This document shows, piece by piece, positions 10,647 to 22,262 of a DNA stretch of 34,186 nt. This DNA comes from Toensbergia leucococca (Eukaryota): NCBI GenBank assembly GCA_022813965.1, contig JALDZS010000034.1, positions 124,001-158,186 of the forward strand. Reading direction: 5' to 3'. Both the position numbers and the translations under genes were made by a program. The notes beneath the pieces are model-generated. The model saw only the letters and a list, made by a program, of their open reading frames with translations, made no database searches and was not told the DNA's origin. The first letter of the stretch is position 1; each line of letters begins with the position of its first letter.

Positions 10647-12086
10647 TCACTTTCTCCTTTTCATTGTTTTGATACACAAGTCTAAAAGTCCTCCCTTTGC
10701 TTCAGAGTTGGGGAAACTGCTGATGGCTTCGGCGGCTTTGTCTGCATATTCTTGCGCTAAGGCCCTGGTTTGCTCCAAGCCGTGGCTAAGTGCAACTAGG
10801 TCTCGAGCCTAGAAAAGAAAGATTAAAGAGTTTCATGCTACAGCGGAATGGAGGCAACATACCCTTTGGACGTCTCCGAGTCCGGCGAATTTCCGGCCAA
10901 CTAGAGCTCCGAGCTCGTGGTTGTCTTTCCACGCAAATAGCAATGGGGCAGTAGCGAGTCCAAGCTCAAGATCTGCTCCAGCAGGTTTGCCCAGCTCTTC
11001 GCCACTGATTGTATAGTCTAACATATCATCCACGAGTTGGAAGGCGAGACCAAGGTTTTTCCCATACAAGTACGCCGCCTCAACGATCTCTGGGGAACTT
11101 TGACCAAGTAGCGCTGCTGCGCGACAAGATTTGCTGATCAGACTTGCCGATTTCAGGTAAGTTTTTTGAAGATAATATGACATGGTTTGCTCCGTCCATA
11201 CAGGTTCAACTTCATCCAATGCGGTATTTCTCAACTGCATAAATTCTCCTTCTACTAAATTTGCAATTACTGTTGCCAGAAGCTCTATCACCTCTGCGTC
11301 CCGTAGTCTTGCTAACGCTACAGAGGCCCTTCCTAGGAGGAAATCACCTGCCAGGACTGCCATTTTGTTGCCAAATGCTATGTTTGCTGATGCGGCGGAC
11401 CGCCGAGACTCGGAATTATCAATGACATCATCATGAAGAAGAGAAGCGGTATGTATGAGCTCGGTGATCTCTGCGAGCCGCCGTTGCGAGGGGAGTATGT
11501 TGGAGTCTTCTGGGTTATGTGGAGAGTCGATGGAGGGCATAGAGAGTTTACCCATGCTAGAAGAGGATGGATTCAGGTCTGTTAGTACCGCAGGTGGGGA
11601 GATTGAATTATCGATGGTCGCATCAACGAATAGAGACGGCTGTCTGAGTACTTTGGGTGTATGAGACGTCGCCCGCGACATGAGCAAAACGAGGAGAGGT
11701 CGTAGATGTTTCCCTTCGGACTGAGTGTAATACTTTGCAACGGTATCAAGAATAGGGTGTCCAGAACCCAACAATTGCTGTATGTTACCTGTCAAGAATT
11801 TCATCTCTTTCGCGACGATTCGCAGTGGGTCCACCGAGACTCCGTCAAGGGATTGCTCTGTCCTGCTGCCATTGTTGAGTAGACTCTGGGCAACAGACAC
11901 TGCTTGCGCCCAGGTAGACTGAAGGCGTCGGCGAGCTGGGGGATATTTCGCGGGAGAAAGAGCTGGTTTTCGATTGCTGACAGATGTTGGGCGTAGACAT
12001 CCAGGGCATAGTGTCGTCTGCTTTGGTTGATGGGAGACAATAGTATTGTTGACCAGGACGCTGGCTCGTGGTACGCGGACTTTCAT
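10647..12086 (-). CDS. COQ1: Mitochondrial polyprenyl (hexaprenyl/decaprenyl) diphosphate synthase; exons 12086-10863, 10808-10647
   Basis: GKHLRP, ELIHTASLLHDDVID (first Asp-rich motif), AVLAGDFLL, GEFMQL and AFQLVDDMLD (second motif). Arg/Ser-rich N-terminus lacking acidic residues fits a mitochondrial presequence. One 54-nt GT-AG intron. Confidence 0.96.
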
Positions 12087-12405
12087 GCTAGAGTGTGTGG
12101 AGCTCCGGCAGAATTAGGATATGAAGTCAACAGACAGTACTTTGAAGCCTTGACTGTTATTTCATTATTGAGCATACAATCTTGTGAGCTAAAATTAGAC
12201 AATGTATCCGTACCTGATATCTATTACATGGCTCGATTTCATCTCTCATCTACCTTGAAGTTTTATGATCTGCAGCAGGGATACTCCGTAGTACATATTC
12301 TATTCTATGGACCTAGGGACCTCGGGAGTACTTTCGCGTAAGATTCTCGAAATTCAAGGATTCATCCACGGAGCAGAGACACCGAGGCATCAATCACCAG
12401 GCAAC

Positions 12406-13293
12406 ATGGTTCGCCTTACCATGACACCTGCGATTGCTGCAGCTTTGCAAGCTTACCATGAGCTACAGCTCAGCGGCATGAATCTGGGTGAAAACTCAGA
12501 GCCTTGCTTGGCCAACCCCGTAGTCGGAAATCCAATAACGCATGGACAAATCATTTCAATCTCTAGGACCTTGAGGAATCTTGCAAGTGTGAATACGCAT
12601 GACCCCAATTCTAGCCTTGAGAGGATTCCCTCATGGCATCTGGATGATCTTCTGCGAGGTTCAAGGGTTTATATCGAGCCAACAAAACCAAAAATGGAGC
12701 CGGTAATGTGTTGCTAAAGCACCTGCGCTCTGGGAACTTGCTAATCTCATACGCTTCAGACATCAGAGTACAAATCATTGATGGCACGCCTCCGCCGAGA
12801 AGAGGAAGGTCGAGCCTATGAGCGTATGATCAACCCTCCCTTACCTGTCGAATCGTTTGTACAGCGGTTTCCCACGTCCTCTAATGCCAAGCTATTTCCC
12901 CACCCCACCAAAGTAGATGACGCCGCCGCCGACGAGATTACGTACGCGGACATCAATAGGCAAATGGCCTTAATCATCAATATACTCGTCTCGATCGTAG
13001 CCTGCAGTGTGGCTATATGGATGGTCTCAAGTCGTTGGACTACACCGAAAAGACTCGGCTTGAGTATGGGAGGTAGCGGAATCGTTGGTGTGGCCGAGGT
13101 CGTTGTATATACAGGATATTTACGAAGATTGAAGGAAGCCAAGGAAAAGGGGAAAAAGGAGATTGAAGTTAAGAAGATCATCAAAACCTGGGTCATCGGA
13201 GCTGAAGAGGGATATCAACCTGAAGATATCCCAAAACTCGTTACATCAAAGATATCACTCAATGAGACCATGCGGAAGAGAAAAGGAATCTAA
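12406..13293 (+). CDS. VMA12: ER V-ATPase assembly factor Vma12/TMEM199 family; exons 12406-12702, 12760-13293
   Basis: MVRLTMTPAI start, LDDLLRGSRVYI, SEYKSLMARLRREEEGRAYERM, two hydrophobic helices (QMALIINILVSIVACSVAIW and LSMGGSGIVGVAEVVVYTGY) and a C-terminal KxKxx ER-retrieval signal (KRKGI). Confidence 0.9.
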
Positions 13294-14499
13294 GGTAGCT
13301 TCGAAGATCCTTCAATCCAAAAGCTACGGTCGGGAGGGCGAATGCGCTATTTGAAGAAGCGATCAGGTTTCCGCAACGATAATGCAGCCAACATGTAAAT
13401 ACCTATCTTTTTATGTTCATTAACCAGTACTAATATGAAATATTAGATTTGGGGGAAAAAGCGAAAAGTATAAGGCGAGAAACGTGAAGACATGATCACA
13501 GATGATGAGAACGTAGCATATATGAAAGGCCAGAATGCGGAAATCTCTTGGATTAAGAGGCTTGAATATGACTCTGGAAGACAAGAGCTTTCCTAAAGTC
13601 TCGCAGGGAGAAACGTTCCTCTTACCTTGACGACGGTACTCCCCATGAACGATCAAGGGAAGAACGTTCAAATCTTAGCCTCCCTAGAATTATTCAGTCA
13701 TGAGTTTGGATACACATTCTCAAATAGTCAAGAACGAAGACTGATGATCAATTGTGGCAAAGGGCTATTATTGAGTGTGAAGGAATCAACCAGGACTGAC
13801 CATATTACTCCGTACCTAATAGCAGAAAATTTGTGTACTCGACAGGTGGAAGAAAAAAATGCTTTGCGACAGGGAAAACGGCAAGCTATCTGACCTAGAA
13901 TGGAATAAGACTGACAAGTTCAGATTGCGACAAACAGCGGAAATGGGGATGGGAAATGCGCAGCAAAATGGAAACGCTGGGGGAAACACTCAATATACTC
14001 AGTGAAATACACAGTCATCCATATTTACACGCCCTCATAAAATATTTGAATCTTCTCCTGATTACTCATTACTATATTGTCTGTGCTGGGTCATTTACTA
14101 AATCCCAAGCCTAGGCATCAACCTCTAAATCCTTCATGAAGTACGTACGATCTTGATTGCATGCGGAAATTTGCTAATTACTCATTTTCTGAAGGTCGGC
14201 GCCCTTGTTCTTGCGTTGTTCCAATTACTTTTGCTATTCTAGGTGCATACATTCATAACAGCCTGTTTGTCCGCCACCTTTCATTTTCAGTCATTCAATT
14301 CAACCGCAGCTTCTCAACCAACAAGAGCCTCCGCTAGAGACATGTTCTACATTACTCGTACCACCAAGCACACGTTATCGGATTTGAACGAGTCATTACT
14401 TGGAGCTCACCAAGTACTAATAAGTTTCCTGCTTACTTACATGAGTTTCCCACATTGAAGCTCACTTGATGGTCACATCGATTGATGTATCAATAATAC

Positions 14500-15268
14500 C
14501 TAAATGATTATCTCACTTATCAAAATCATGAAACTCGATGCTTTGTCTGATGGACTCTTATGGTGTCCCCCGAGTGAATACTACTCGATGGTGGCGATCT
14601 AACTTTCACTTTGATGACTTTGCCGCAAAAGAGTGCTTGGACTTATACCGCAGCCTGATTGAGGAAACCGTCGCTAACAAGGCGGCTTTAGACATCCGTG
14701 TCGCCAAGAATTCCTGCTATGACTGAATAAGCAGCAGGATCTTGAATATCTCGGAAGCGAATTTGGAAAGGTACCTGTAAATGGAGAGCTCGGTCTGTTT
14801 CTCGGCACAAAATTGTATGAAAGATTACCTCGGAAGACCAGAAACCAAGGTATGCCGCTTGACTGTAAGCAGGTCAACATGGCCCACGTGCTTCGTCGGA
14901 GACCGCAAGCTCATACTCCCAGATTTACAATCTATGCTGGAAGGCTAGAGCGATTTCGTGGAAAAAAGTCTAGGTGACGTCCATTTTCTCAGTGACTATC
15001 GATCACTCCAGAAGAAAGACCAGTCTGAGGCTATGATAGCGTTCTGCCGCCCCAAAATGAAAGGAGCGAGACCATGGGGCATGTGAGCTACAAATGGCTT
15101 TACTACCCCTGTGCGGCCACCACCCGAGAAGCAAATAGATATGCAGAGCTAGGAGATGGGCGCATGACCATTCGTAGAGGTAGACGGAGATGGGACGAGA
15201 TGGGTGGAACGATGGATCGGGAGGGCTGGATCTATGCGACATTCGAAACTCTGGCGTTCAGTTCCTAG
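14500..15268 (+). pseudogene. Possible decayed coding sequence of unknown family
   Basis: Consecutive protein-like segments in different + frames (FAAKECLDLYRSLIEETVANKAALDIR; RQEFLL*LNKQQDLEYLGSEFGKVPVNGELGLFLGTKLYERL; GHVSYKWLYYPC...WDEMGGTMDREGWIYATF) broken by TGA stops and frameshifts. No family recognised. Confidence 0.25.
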
Positions 15269-15960
15269 GATATAGCTAGGCAGCAGGTTCAAAGTTGATA
15301 CTTATCCAGTGTTCTCTTATAGCATATCAACTCAACTTCAACAACTTCCATTTTCTTCCGATTCTACAAAGAGCAAATTTCCAAGTTCATACCCATGATC
15401 AGAGGGCCTGAAATTGGAGCACACCCTCAGACATACTATGACGATAGCGGTTGAGAGAGGCATGCCAATGCTTGAGAACGCCTTTGGGCCATGGCTTGCA
15501 GCAAGACGGACGAGAAGCTAAGAACCTTCGTCGATGATGCTAGCTACCATTTGCAGAATTACCCACGTCGTGTGATGACCCCTTGGGATGTTTGCTTGGT
15601 TGGCTGCGGGATATCAAGTCATCGAGTAATGGTTACTCGATAAACTAATTAAGCTTTGAGCGCTACATATTGAATATTTTGGCTAGCATAGGTAGTCAAT
15701 AGTGGTAAATGCACAGTGCTTGACAATACAGGCAGTGAATATGAATCAAGCAGTACCTAGCGCTTCTTGCAGAAGAGGGGGAAATTGTAAGGTGGCAAGA
15801 GAGCTGAGCAAGACGTTGATATTCACATAGTCTCCAGTTCATTCATCAGTTGAGGTTGACGGCAGTCTTCGGCTACTTATCAGCCTTATCATGAGTAGCG
15901 TAGATAGGTATCTATGCCGACCTAACCTCAGCCATGTTTCCCCTGATCCACGCTGTCCAT

Positions 15961-15980
15961 TTGATCGTTGATCGTTGATC
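15961..15980. repeat. Short tandem repeat (TTGATCG)x~3
   Basis: ttgatcg ttgatcg ttgatc read directly. Confidence 0.7.
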
Positions 15981-16063
15981 TCCTGCATGATAAGCCGTCG
16001 AATTGTCTACTGACTTGATCGAGTAACAGCAACATGCTTATCCAAGTCATCCTGACCCCAACT

Positions 16064-16077
16064 TCGGAGAGGCCCGG
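16064..16077 (+). promoter_or_regulatory. UaY/Ppr1-type Zn2Cys6 site TCGG-N6-CCGG
   Basis: TCGG agaggc CCGG is one mismatch from the UaY consensus TCGG-N6-CCGA. It sits among the GATA sites about 300 bp upstream of a purine-catabolism gene. Confidence 0.65.
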
Positions 16078-16371
16078 TAGCCTCCTGCTGGGGAGGGAGA
16101 CCACCAAGGGAGTAGGGTTACAGCTTATCTTAGGCCAACCCCAGTCCCCCAGAACCCCACAAAGATCCACCGCCTATTATTGGCACGGATTCTTGTTCGT
16201 CATGGAGAACCCTACTACCTCGAAAATGTGTCAGTCTGTGAGCCTTGTAGCTCTCTTCTTTCCACATCTGCCCATGCATATAAGCCAGCCCAATTACCTG
16301 GAATTGCTTGCGTCTTTTCTTAAAACCTGGGCGCATTCCAACCACCCTTGAAATCCCAAAATTTGTTTACT

Positions 16372-17988
16372 ATGGCCATTAACAGCTCTACCGTTCGCTC
16401 TGAACGTCCTGCACCATCAACATCGCTTCCCAATTCTGCTACCCCTACCAACATGCACCATCCCCAGATGACCGTTCTTACGTCCTCTCGAGCCGTCGTT
16501 CTAGGCCATCTTTCAGCTGCCACCATTGTGATATCTCTGTCTACTGGCAAAATAACCTCGATATACCATTCCGTTCTTCCTGCCTCCGACTTTCCCCCTG
16601 GTACTCCTTATGCAGACCATTCACCACATGTACTTCTCCCTGGTCTGGTTGACGCACATGTACATTTGAATGAGCCGGGACGAACTGAGTGGGAAGGTTT
16701 CTGGACTGGGACAAAAGCTGCTGCCTTTGGGGGTGTTACCACAGTCGTGGACATGCCCCTGAATGCTATACCGCCTACAACAACCGTACTTGGTTTGAAA
16801 GAGAAAGTGAAAGCAGCACAAGGGCAATGCTGGGTCGATGTTGGCTTCTATGGAGGCATCATTCCTGGCAACGCGGGCGAATTGAAAAACCTAGTCAAGG
16901 AGGGCGTCCGGGGTTTCAAGGGCTTTCTGATAGACAGCGGGGTAAGTTGTTCCTGCCTTTCTACGCATTTCAAATGCTGATTGTCCCGACAGGTACCAGA
17001 ATTCCCAGCCGTGTCATCAACCGACATTGCAGAAGCTATGGCCGAATTAGCGGATGAGCCAACAATACTCATGTTCCACGCCGAAATGATCCCTCCCATC
17101 TCAGATTCCGTCGGCGACAACGTTCAATGGTCTTTACCACCTCTCGCCCCGGTTGGTCCTCTAAATGAATACAACACTTTCCTTGCATCACGTCCACCGT
17201 CTTTCGAAACGTACGCCATACTAGAGATACTATCTCTTGCTCCGCTTGCCACCAATCTGCCATTACACATTGTCCATCTATCAGCCATAGAAGCCATACC
17301 CCTACTCAGAGAGGCACGAGCCCGCGGTATCAAAATTACTGCGGAAACATGCTTCCACTATCTGTCATTGACAGCGGAGGCAGTGAAGAACGGTGATACA
17401 AGGCATAAATGCTGTCCTCCTATACGAGCCGAATCGAACAGGGACAGCCTCTGGAGCGAATTAATGAGGGAAGATACCAGTGTAGTCACCACCATAGTCT
17501 CAGATCACTCGCCATGTACACCCGATCTAAAGCTACTACCCCCTGAGCTCACTGACAAGAGCGGCGACAAAGACAAAGAAGAAACAGGTAATTTCTTCGC
17601 AGCTTGGGGCGGCGTGAGTTCAGTGGGTCTCGGCCTAAGCATTCTGTGGACTGAGGGCCAGAATCGGGGCATTACTGCAGAGGATATCGTTAAGTGGTGC
17701 TGTAAGAACACCGCAAAGCAAGTAGGCTTGCAGGGCCAAAAAGGAGAACTCGCGGTCGGCATGGATGGCGATGTCGCCGTCTTCGACGATCAGGCTACCT
17801 TTGTAGTCTGCCCAGATACGATGCTTTTTCGAAATAAATGTTCGCCCTATCAAGGAAAGACGCTAAAAGGAGTGGTCAGGGAGACTTATCTACGAGGACA
17901 AAAGATTTTCGCGCGAGACGGTGGGTTTGATGTTTCAGGTAAGCCAAAGGGAAGGTTGCTGCTGGAGCCGAGGAAGCATACCGTGTAA
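16372..17988 (+). CDS. DAL1: Allantoinase; exons 16372-16941, 16993-17988
   Basis: [83 protein letters not shown] and [12 protein letters not shown] are amidohydrolase/allantoinase motifs. One 51-nt GTAAGT...CAG intron. Confidence 0.96.
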
Positions 17989-18510
17989 ATATGGGAAGCT
18001 TTTAGATGGCCGGAAGCTTAGACGTTAAGGGAGCAATAGAGCTTGGCTAGATAGATGTAAAAGTGTTGGTCTCTATGTAGCGATCCTAAGGTCTTGCTCT
18101 CTATCAGTGGGTCTGTTTCTCTTTTTGCGTATACTCATCAAAACCCGGAAGTCTCGTTGCATTTGATCTTCCTGTCTACAGCCTTGAATGATTCTCATTG
18201 TAATCGAAGATCCCTCAATGCAATTGAAATTTCAAGAATGGGTACAATCAACAGCTAGACGTGACGGATCAAACGCTCTCACAGAATACCCATACCTACC
18301 TAGTGTTGATGTAGTCTACTTGATTTCGTGGCGAGCCTGAATGAAGTGATCTAGCGAGAAAACCTTGGCACGATTAGGTGTTATTAATTTTAGGTACCCA
18401 GTCAGCCCTACGCGTCGCACAACCTCCGCTCGTTTCGAAAATTCTTCACCTCTGCTACCCGGCTATTGAACCGCTGATCCAAGTCTCGAACCGGCATTAA
18501 TCACAAAGTG

Positions 18511-21453
18511 ATGGTTCAACTGGAGCACGACATGGGCCAGACATCGTCTCAAGAGGTTCCTGCGTCTCAAGAGATTCCTGCGTCGGCTCCTCACTTGCGT
18601 AGCAATGACGAAACAGGGAAGTCGAATAAAGTCAAGCACAAGAAGAAGAAGAAGAAGAGGAAAAGGAGTACGGGCGTGGAGGACGAGCACAAGCAAGATG
18701 AGGAGAGCGCTCGAGCATTGATGAGCCTGAGGCAAGAGACTGTGGACGGTGATGTGCGATCAGGCCGCAATGAGGATGACATTGCCGCCTCTGCACAACT
18801 CCACGCAGAGAGCTCCCCTACTCGACCTCCAGCTTTCGACTTTATAGAGGGGGAACCAAAGCGTCCCTCGAAGAGGAGGAGAACAAGAGAATTTGAGTCT
18901 ACAGAGAATGGAAGAAGACGCGATAGCAGAGAAACCCTGAAATTTACCGGCGGGGCAGATCCTCATTTCAGTAAGAACGCGCAGGCTCATAGACAACCGG
19001 CAAGACATACGGCGCTGGGTTCTAATCTTCCGCTATCACCGCAAGTGCCAGCTATACCACAGTCAACTATGAGCCTAGATGATATCGACAGTAATGACGA
19101 ATCTGTAGCGTCATTCCTACGAGAGTACCAAAATGGCGGTCCAGAGACAAATACAGAAACAAGCCCGGCAGAACAAATCGAGAGCTTTGAGTCTCAGGTC
19201 CCGTTTGAGCAGTTTGAAGCTTCCCTGATTCGAAACCGCGCTGCATCTTCTATGGACACAAAATACCAATTGCCCACACAGGTTTATAGCTCGCCGCTCA
19301 ATGGTGAGAAAACCTCTAGACGAAAGCCCAAAAAGCAATTGGGTTTATTTTTCAACAGCGACGATGACAACGGCAAGTCCCTGCCGACTACAGATGGCGT
19401 AGGTGGGTACACCTCTACATACAATGACGAGACCTTCGATCATGAGGTGTTTGATCTAGACACAAACATGACTAACTTAGACGGATTCTATGTAGACTAC
19501 GATATGCCAATTGACCCTGCCTTGACCGACATTGGTCTTCCAACAAATCTGTTAACGGGTACTACAGTCCTAGACTCCGATGACAATAAAAAGCAACGGG
19601 TTGGCTTGACAGGAAAGCAGAACCACGGCTCCTCAACTTTCAAAAAACGAAAAGAAAAACGAGCAGAGGATACAGATTCGGAGGCTCTCTCTACCCACTC
19701 GAGTGAGAAGGTATCGGACAGAGACCAGGTGGACCACGTCCTCCCTGGCCTGGAGGATTCCCAAAAGGAAGTTTCGCCAGAGCTTTTCCACACTGCCTCG
19801 TCAAGCTCAAAACGTAAGCGACGCATGCCTGCTGCGACTTCGACCCAGCTCGCTGCAAATAACGAGCAAAAAGCTGCTAGGAAACAACGCAAGCGAGCCG
19901 GACAAAAGAGCAAGGATCCTAATCTTCCAGCCAAAGAAGGACCATACGCCCCCGATGAGATCGCCAAACTCCAGGCCTTCCGCGAAGCCTACTGCGAGGA
20001 GCACGAAATCACCGAGCGCAAGTTCAACGAGCGACTTCACTCGGACGCTCGCGCCAATACCGAACTCCTCAAATTCTGGGGCGAAATCTGTGACGTTCTC
20101 CCTGACCGCCCCAGAGTTTCCACCCAGCGCGTTTGCAGGCGCAGATTTCACAACTATGCCGCGCGTGGAACGTGGACGAAGGAAGAAGACGATATGCTTG
20201 CTAAAGCCGTGGAGGAGAAGGGCAAGTCGTGGAGAGCGGTCGGTGAGCTGATTGATCGCATGCCGGAGGACTGTCGGGATCGCTATCGCAACTACCATGT
20301 TGGTTCCGAATCCCGCAACAAGGAGAGGTGGACAGACGCCGAGGTTCGGAATCTGTGCCGAGCGGTGGACGACTGCATCCGGGCGATGAGGGAAGAGAGA
20401 CAACGAGTCAAATTCGAAAAAGGCGAACACGTTTCCACCGACGACGAGAAAGAGTCAATCGAAGACGCCAAACTAATCAACTGGGCTACCGTGAGCAGTC
20501 TAATGGGCAGCTCCCGGAGCCGCCTGCAATGCAGCTATAAATGGGGAAACCTTAAGCTCCAAGACCGCAACAATTATCGGCGCGAAATCGCCGCCGCGCG
20601 CAGTGATCTTGCCGCCATCACTAAGAAGGGAAAGCCGCGCGCTAAGCGCAAAGGACCCTGGCGCATGATCGCGGCGAAGAAGAAAGTCGCGCTCATGAAG
20701 GCGGGGGATCGGTATGATTTGCTGCAGGCGATGGCGACGTGTAAGGCGGTTGAGGAGGAGAATATTCCGTGGAAGAGTCTCGGAGCGGAAGGCGAGGAAG
20801 GGAAGCGTTTTAGTGAGAGGTGGAGTAATGTTGAGAAGAAGGCTGGGTGGGAGATTTTGAGGAGAGGGGTGGTACAGCAGAGGGAGATGGGGTGGAGGGA
20901 GGTGGTTAATTTATTGTTGACTAGATTAATGGGGGAGGAGGCTGGAAAGTTAGAAGAGAGACTGGATTTGGAGGGGTGGGAGGCTGGGTCCGTGGTAAAG
21001 GCGGGAAAGAAGGGGAAGGTGGTGAAGGTGGAGAAGGCGGGGAAGAAGCGGAAGAAGGGAAAAAAGATTGTGGGGAAAATGGACGGAGATGCAGATAGGG
21101 ATGAGGATGAGTCAGAAGCGGAGATGGAGGCATCTTATGTTGCTGAGGAAGTGGAGGCAAACAGTCCGTCTGTGGAGGACGAGGTAGATTGTCGTGTTGG
21201 GGAGGACGAGGTGGTGAAAGATGGGGTGCGTTCTAGTATTGAGCATGTCGAGGATGTTGTCGAGGATGATGATGTTGTCGAGGATGATGACGAGGATGAC
21301 GAGAAAGATGACGATGGGGAGGAGGAGGGGCAGGATGAGGAGGACGAGGACGAGGAGGAAATAGTAGCGGAAGAGGAAATGGAAGAAGAAGCAACGAACG
21401 GAGGCGTGGACGACGAGATGGCGACTCAATTACAATTGCTCAGAGATTTTTAG
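18511..21453 (+). CDS. Myb/SANT-domain DNA-binding protein, Reb1/Nsi1/TTF1-like (RNA polymerase I termination/enhancer-binding family); single exon; start at 18511 or 18532
   Basis: About 980-aa ORF with RRRFHNYAARGTWTKEEDDML...KGKSWRAVGELIDRMPEDCRDRYRNY, ERWTDAEV and INWATVSSLMGSSRSRLQCSYKW Myb repeats, a basic NLS-like run (KHKKKKKKRKR) and an acidic tail. Confidence 0.88.
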   Translation: MVQLEHDMGQTSSQEVPASQEIPASAPHLRSNDETGKSNKVKHKKKKKKRKRSTGVEDEHKQDEESARALMSLRQETVDGDVRSGRNEDDIAASAQLHAESSPTRPPAFDFIEGEPKRPSKRRRTREFESTENGRRRDSRETLKFTGGADPHFSKNAQAHRQPARHTALGSNLPLSPQVPAIPQSTMSLDDIDSNDESVASFLREYQNGGPETNTETSPAEQIESFESQVPFEQFEASLIRNRAASSMDTKYQLPTQVYSSPLNGEKTSRRKPKKQLGLFFNSDDDNGKSLPTTDGVGGYTSTYNDETFDHEVFDLDTNMTNLDGFYVDYDMPIDPALTDIGLPTNLLTGTTVLDSDDNKKQRVGLTGKQNHGSSTFKKRKEKRAEDTDSEALSTHSSEKVSDRDQVDHVLPGLEDSQKEVSPELFHTASSSSKRKRRMPAATSTQLAANNEQKAARKQRKRAGQKSKDPNLPAKEGPYAPDEIAKLQAFREAYCEEHEITERKFNERLHSDARANTELLKFWGEICDVLPDRPRVSTQRVCRRRFHNYAARGTWTKEEDDMLAKAVEEKGKSWRAVGELIDRMPEDCRDRYRNYHVGSESRNKERWTDAEVRNLCRAVDDCIRAMREERQRVKFEKGEHVSTDDEKESIEDAKLINWATVSSLMGSSRSRLQCSYKWGNLKLQDRNNYRREIAAARSDLAAITKKGKPRAKRKGPWRMIAAKKKVALMKAGDRYDLLQAMATCKAVEEENIPWKSLGAEGEEGKRFSERWSNVEKKAGWEILRRGVVQQREMGWREVVNLLLTRLMGEEAGKLEERLDLEGWEAGSVVKAGKKGKVVKVEKAGKKRKKGKKIVGKMDGDADRDEDESEAEMEASYVAEEVEANSPSVEDEVDCRVGEDEVVKDGVRSSIEHVEDVVEDDDVVEDDDEDDEKDDDGEEEGQDEEDEDEEEIVAEEEMEEEATNGGVDDEMATQLQLLRDF
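18545..18584 (+). repeat. 18-bp coding tandem duplication (SQEVPA/SQEIPA)
   Basis: cgtctcaagaggttcctg cgtctcaagagattcctg cgtc, one mismatch between units. Confidence 0.85.
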
Positions 21454-22262
21454 GCTGGATTTGCTGCCAAAGCGGTAGGGGGGGGGGTGCCGGGTAGGGA
21501 AATGGCCGGACTGGACTTTTGGCCCAGCATCTGAAGATATCAAAATAAAGGAATTTGGCTTGCAGAGCGCCCCCTTTAATTGAAGTGAGAGGATTTGTTT
21601 TGTTAGCTTTTGTTGGGGGGGGGGGCGGGGAAAAGCTACCTAGGTATTTCTCTGTTACCCCCGTATCCGTAGAGGGAGACACTTTCCCGGGGTGGTTGGG
21701 GCGGGGGGTTTCGGTGTGGATTGGATGTGCAATGTTGGGGATGCTGTTGTGTTTGTGTTGCTTGATATTCGCACGCACGTACGTACCCTACCACGCTACC
21801 TATGAAAGTGAAGTTTGGGCCCCCAGAAAGATGCACATGCCTCTTCCGGAGAGTTTTTTCGCGCGTATGTATAGGATTGTCAAACCAGCCAGCCTAGCCT
21901 CTAAATACCTCGACCACCCTCACAAAAAGCCCGAAAGGAATTTAGGTACTTCAAAACTCTCTCCTATTTACTCTATGTTCCCGTTTACGGTATAGACATG
22001 TATACATTAGTAGCGTTGAAAAAAAAAGAGGAACGGTAGCAAACGTCGCCCGCCCCCCCCCCCACGGGAGGTAAATAAAAGAATATTGCCATAGCATGAG
22101 TTATTTAATCACACACTACAACACAAATACACCATCGAAAGATCTCCAACGTCCCCGCCCAAAAAAAGGGAGGAACAAACCACAAAAACTTCGAGTGCTT
22201 CTATGAATACAGGAGCAAGTAGTAGTTCCTTCCAAACATACCCCATCAAAAGAATCTACATT

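Larger units (their letters stand above)
15876..16129 (+). promoter_or_regulatory. GATA-factor (AreA/NIT2) site cluster upstream of allantoinase
   Basis: Five GATAAG/CTTATC hexamers at 15876, 15885, 15989, 16037 and 16124, plus AGATAG at 15902, within about 255 bp. Confidence 0.75.

Noticed and set aside
18410..18415. ACGCGT (MCB-like) upstream of the Myb gene
   Set aside because: A single hexamer is insufficient to claim cell-cycle control.
21555..21995. 146-aa ORF between the convergent genes
   Set aside because: TTG start, built from homopolymer and low-complexity UTR sequence.
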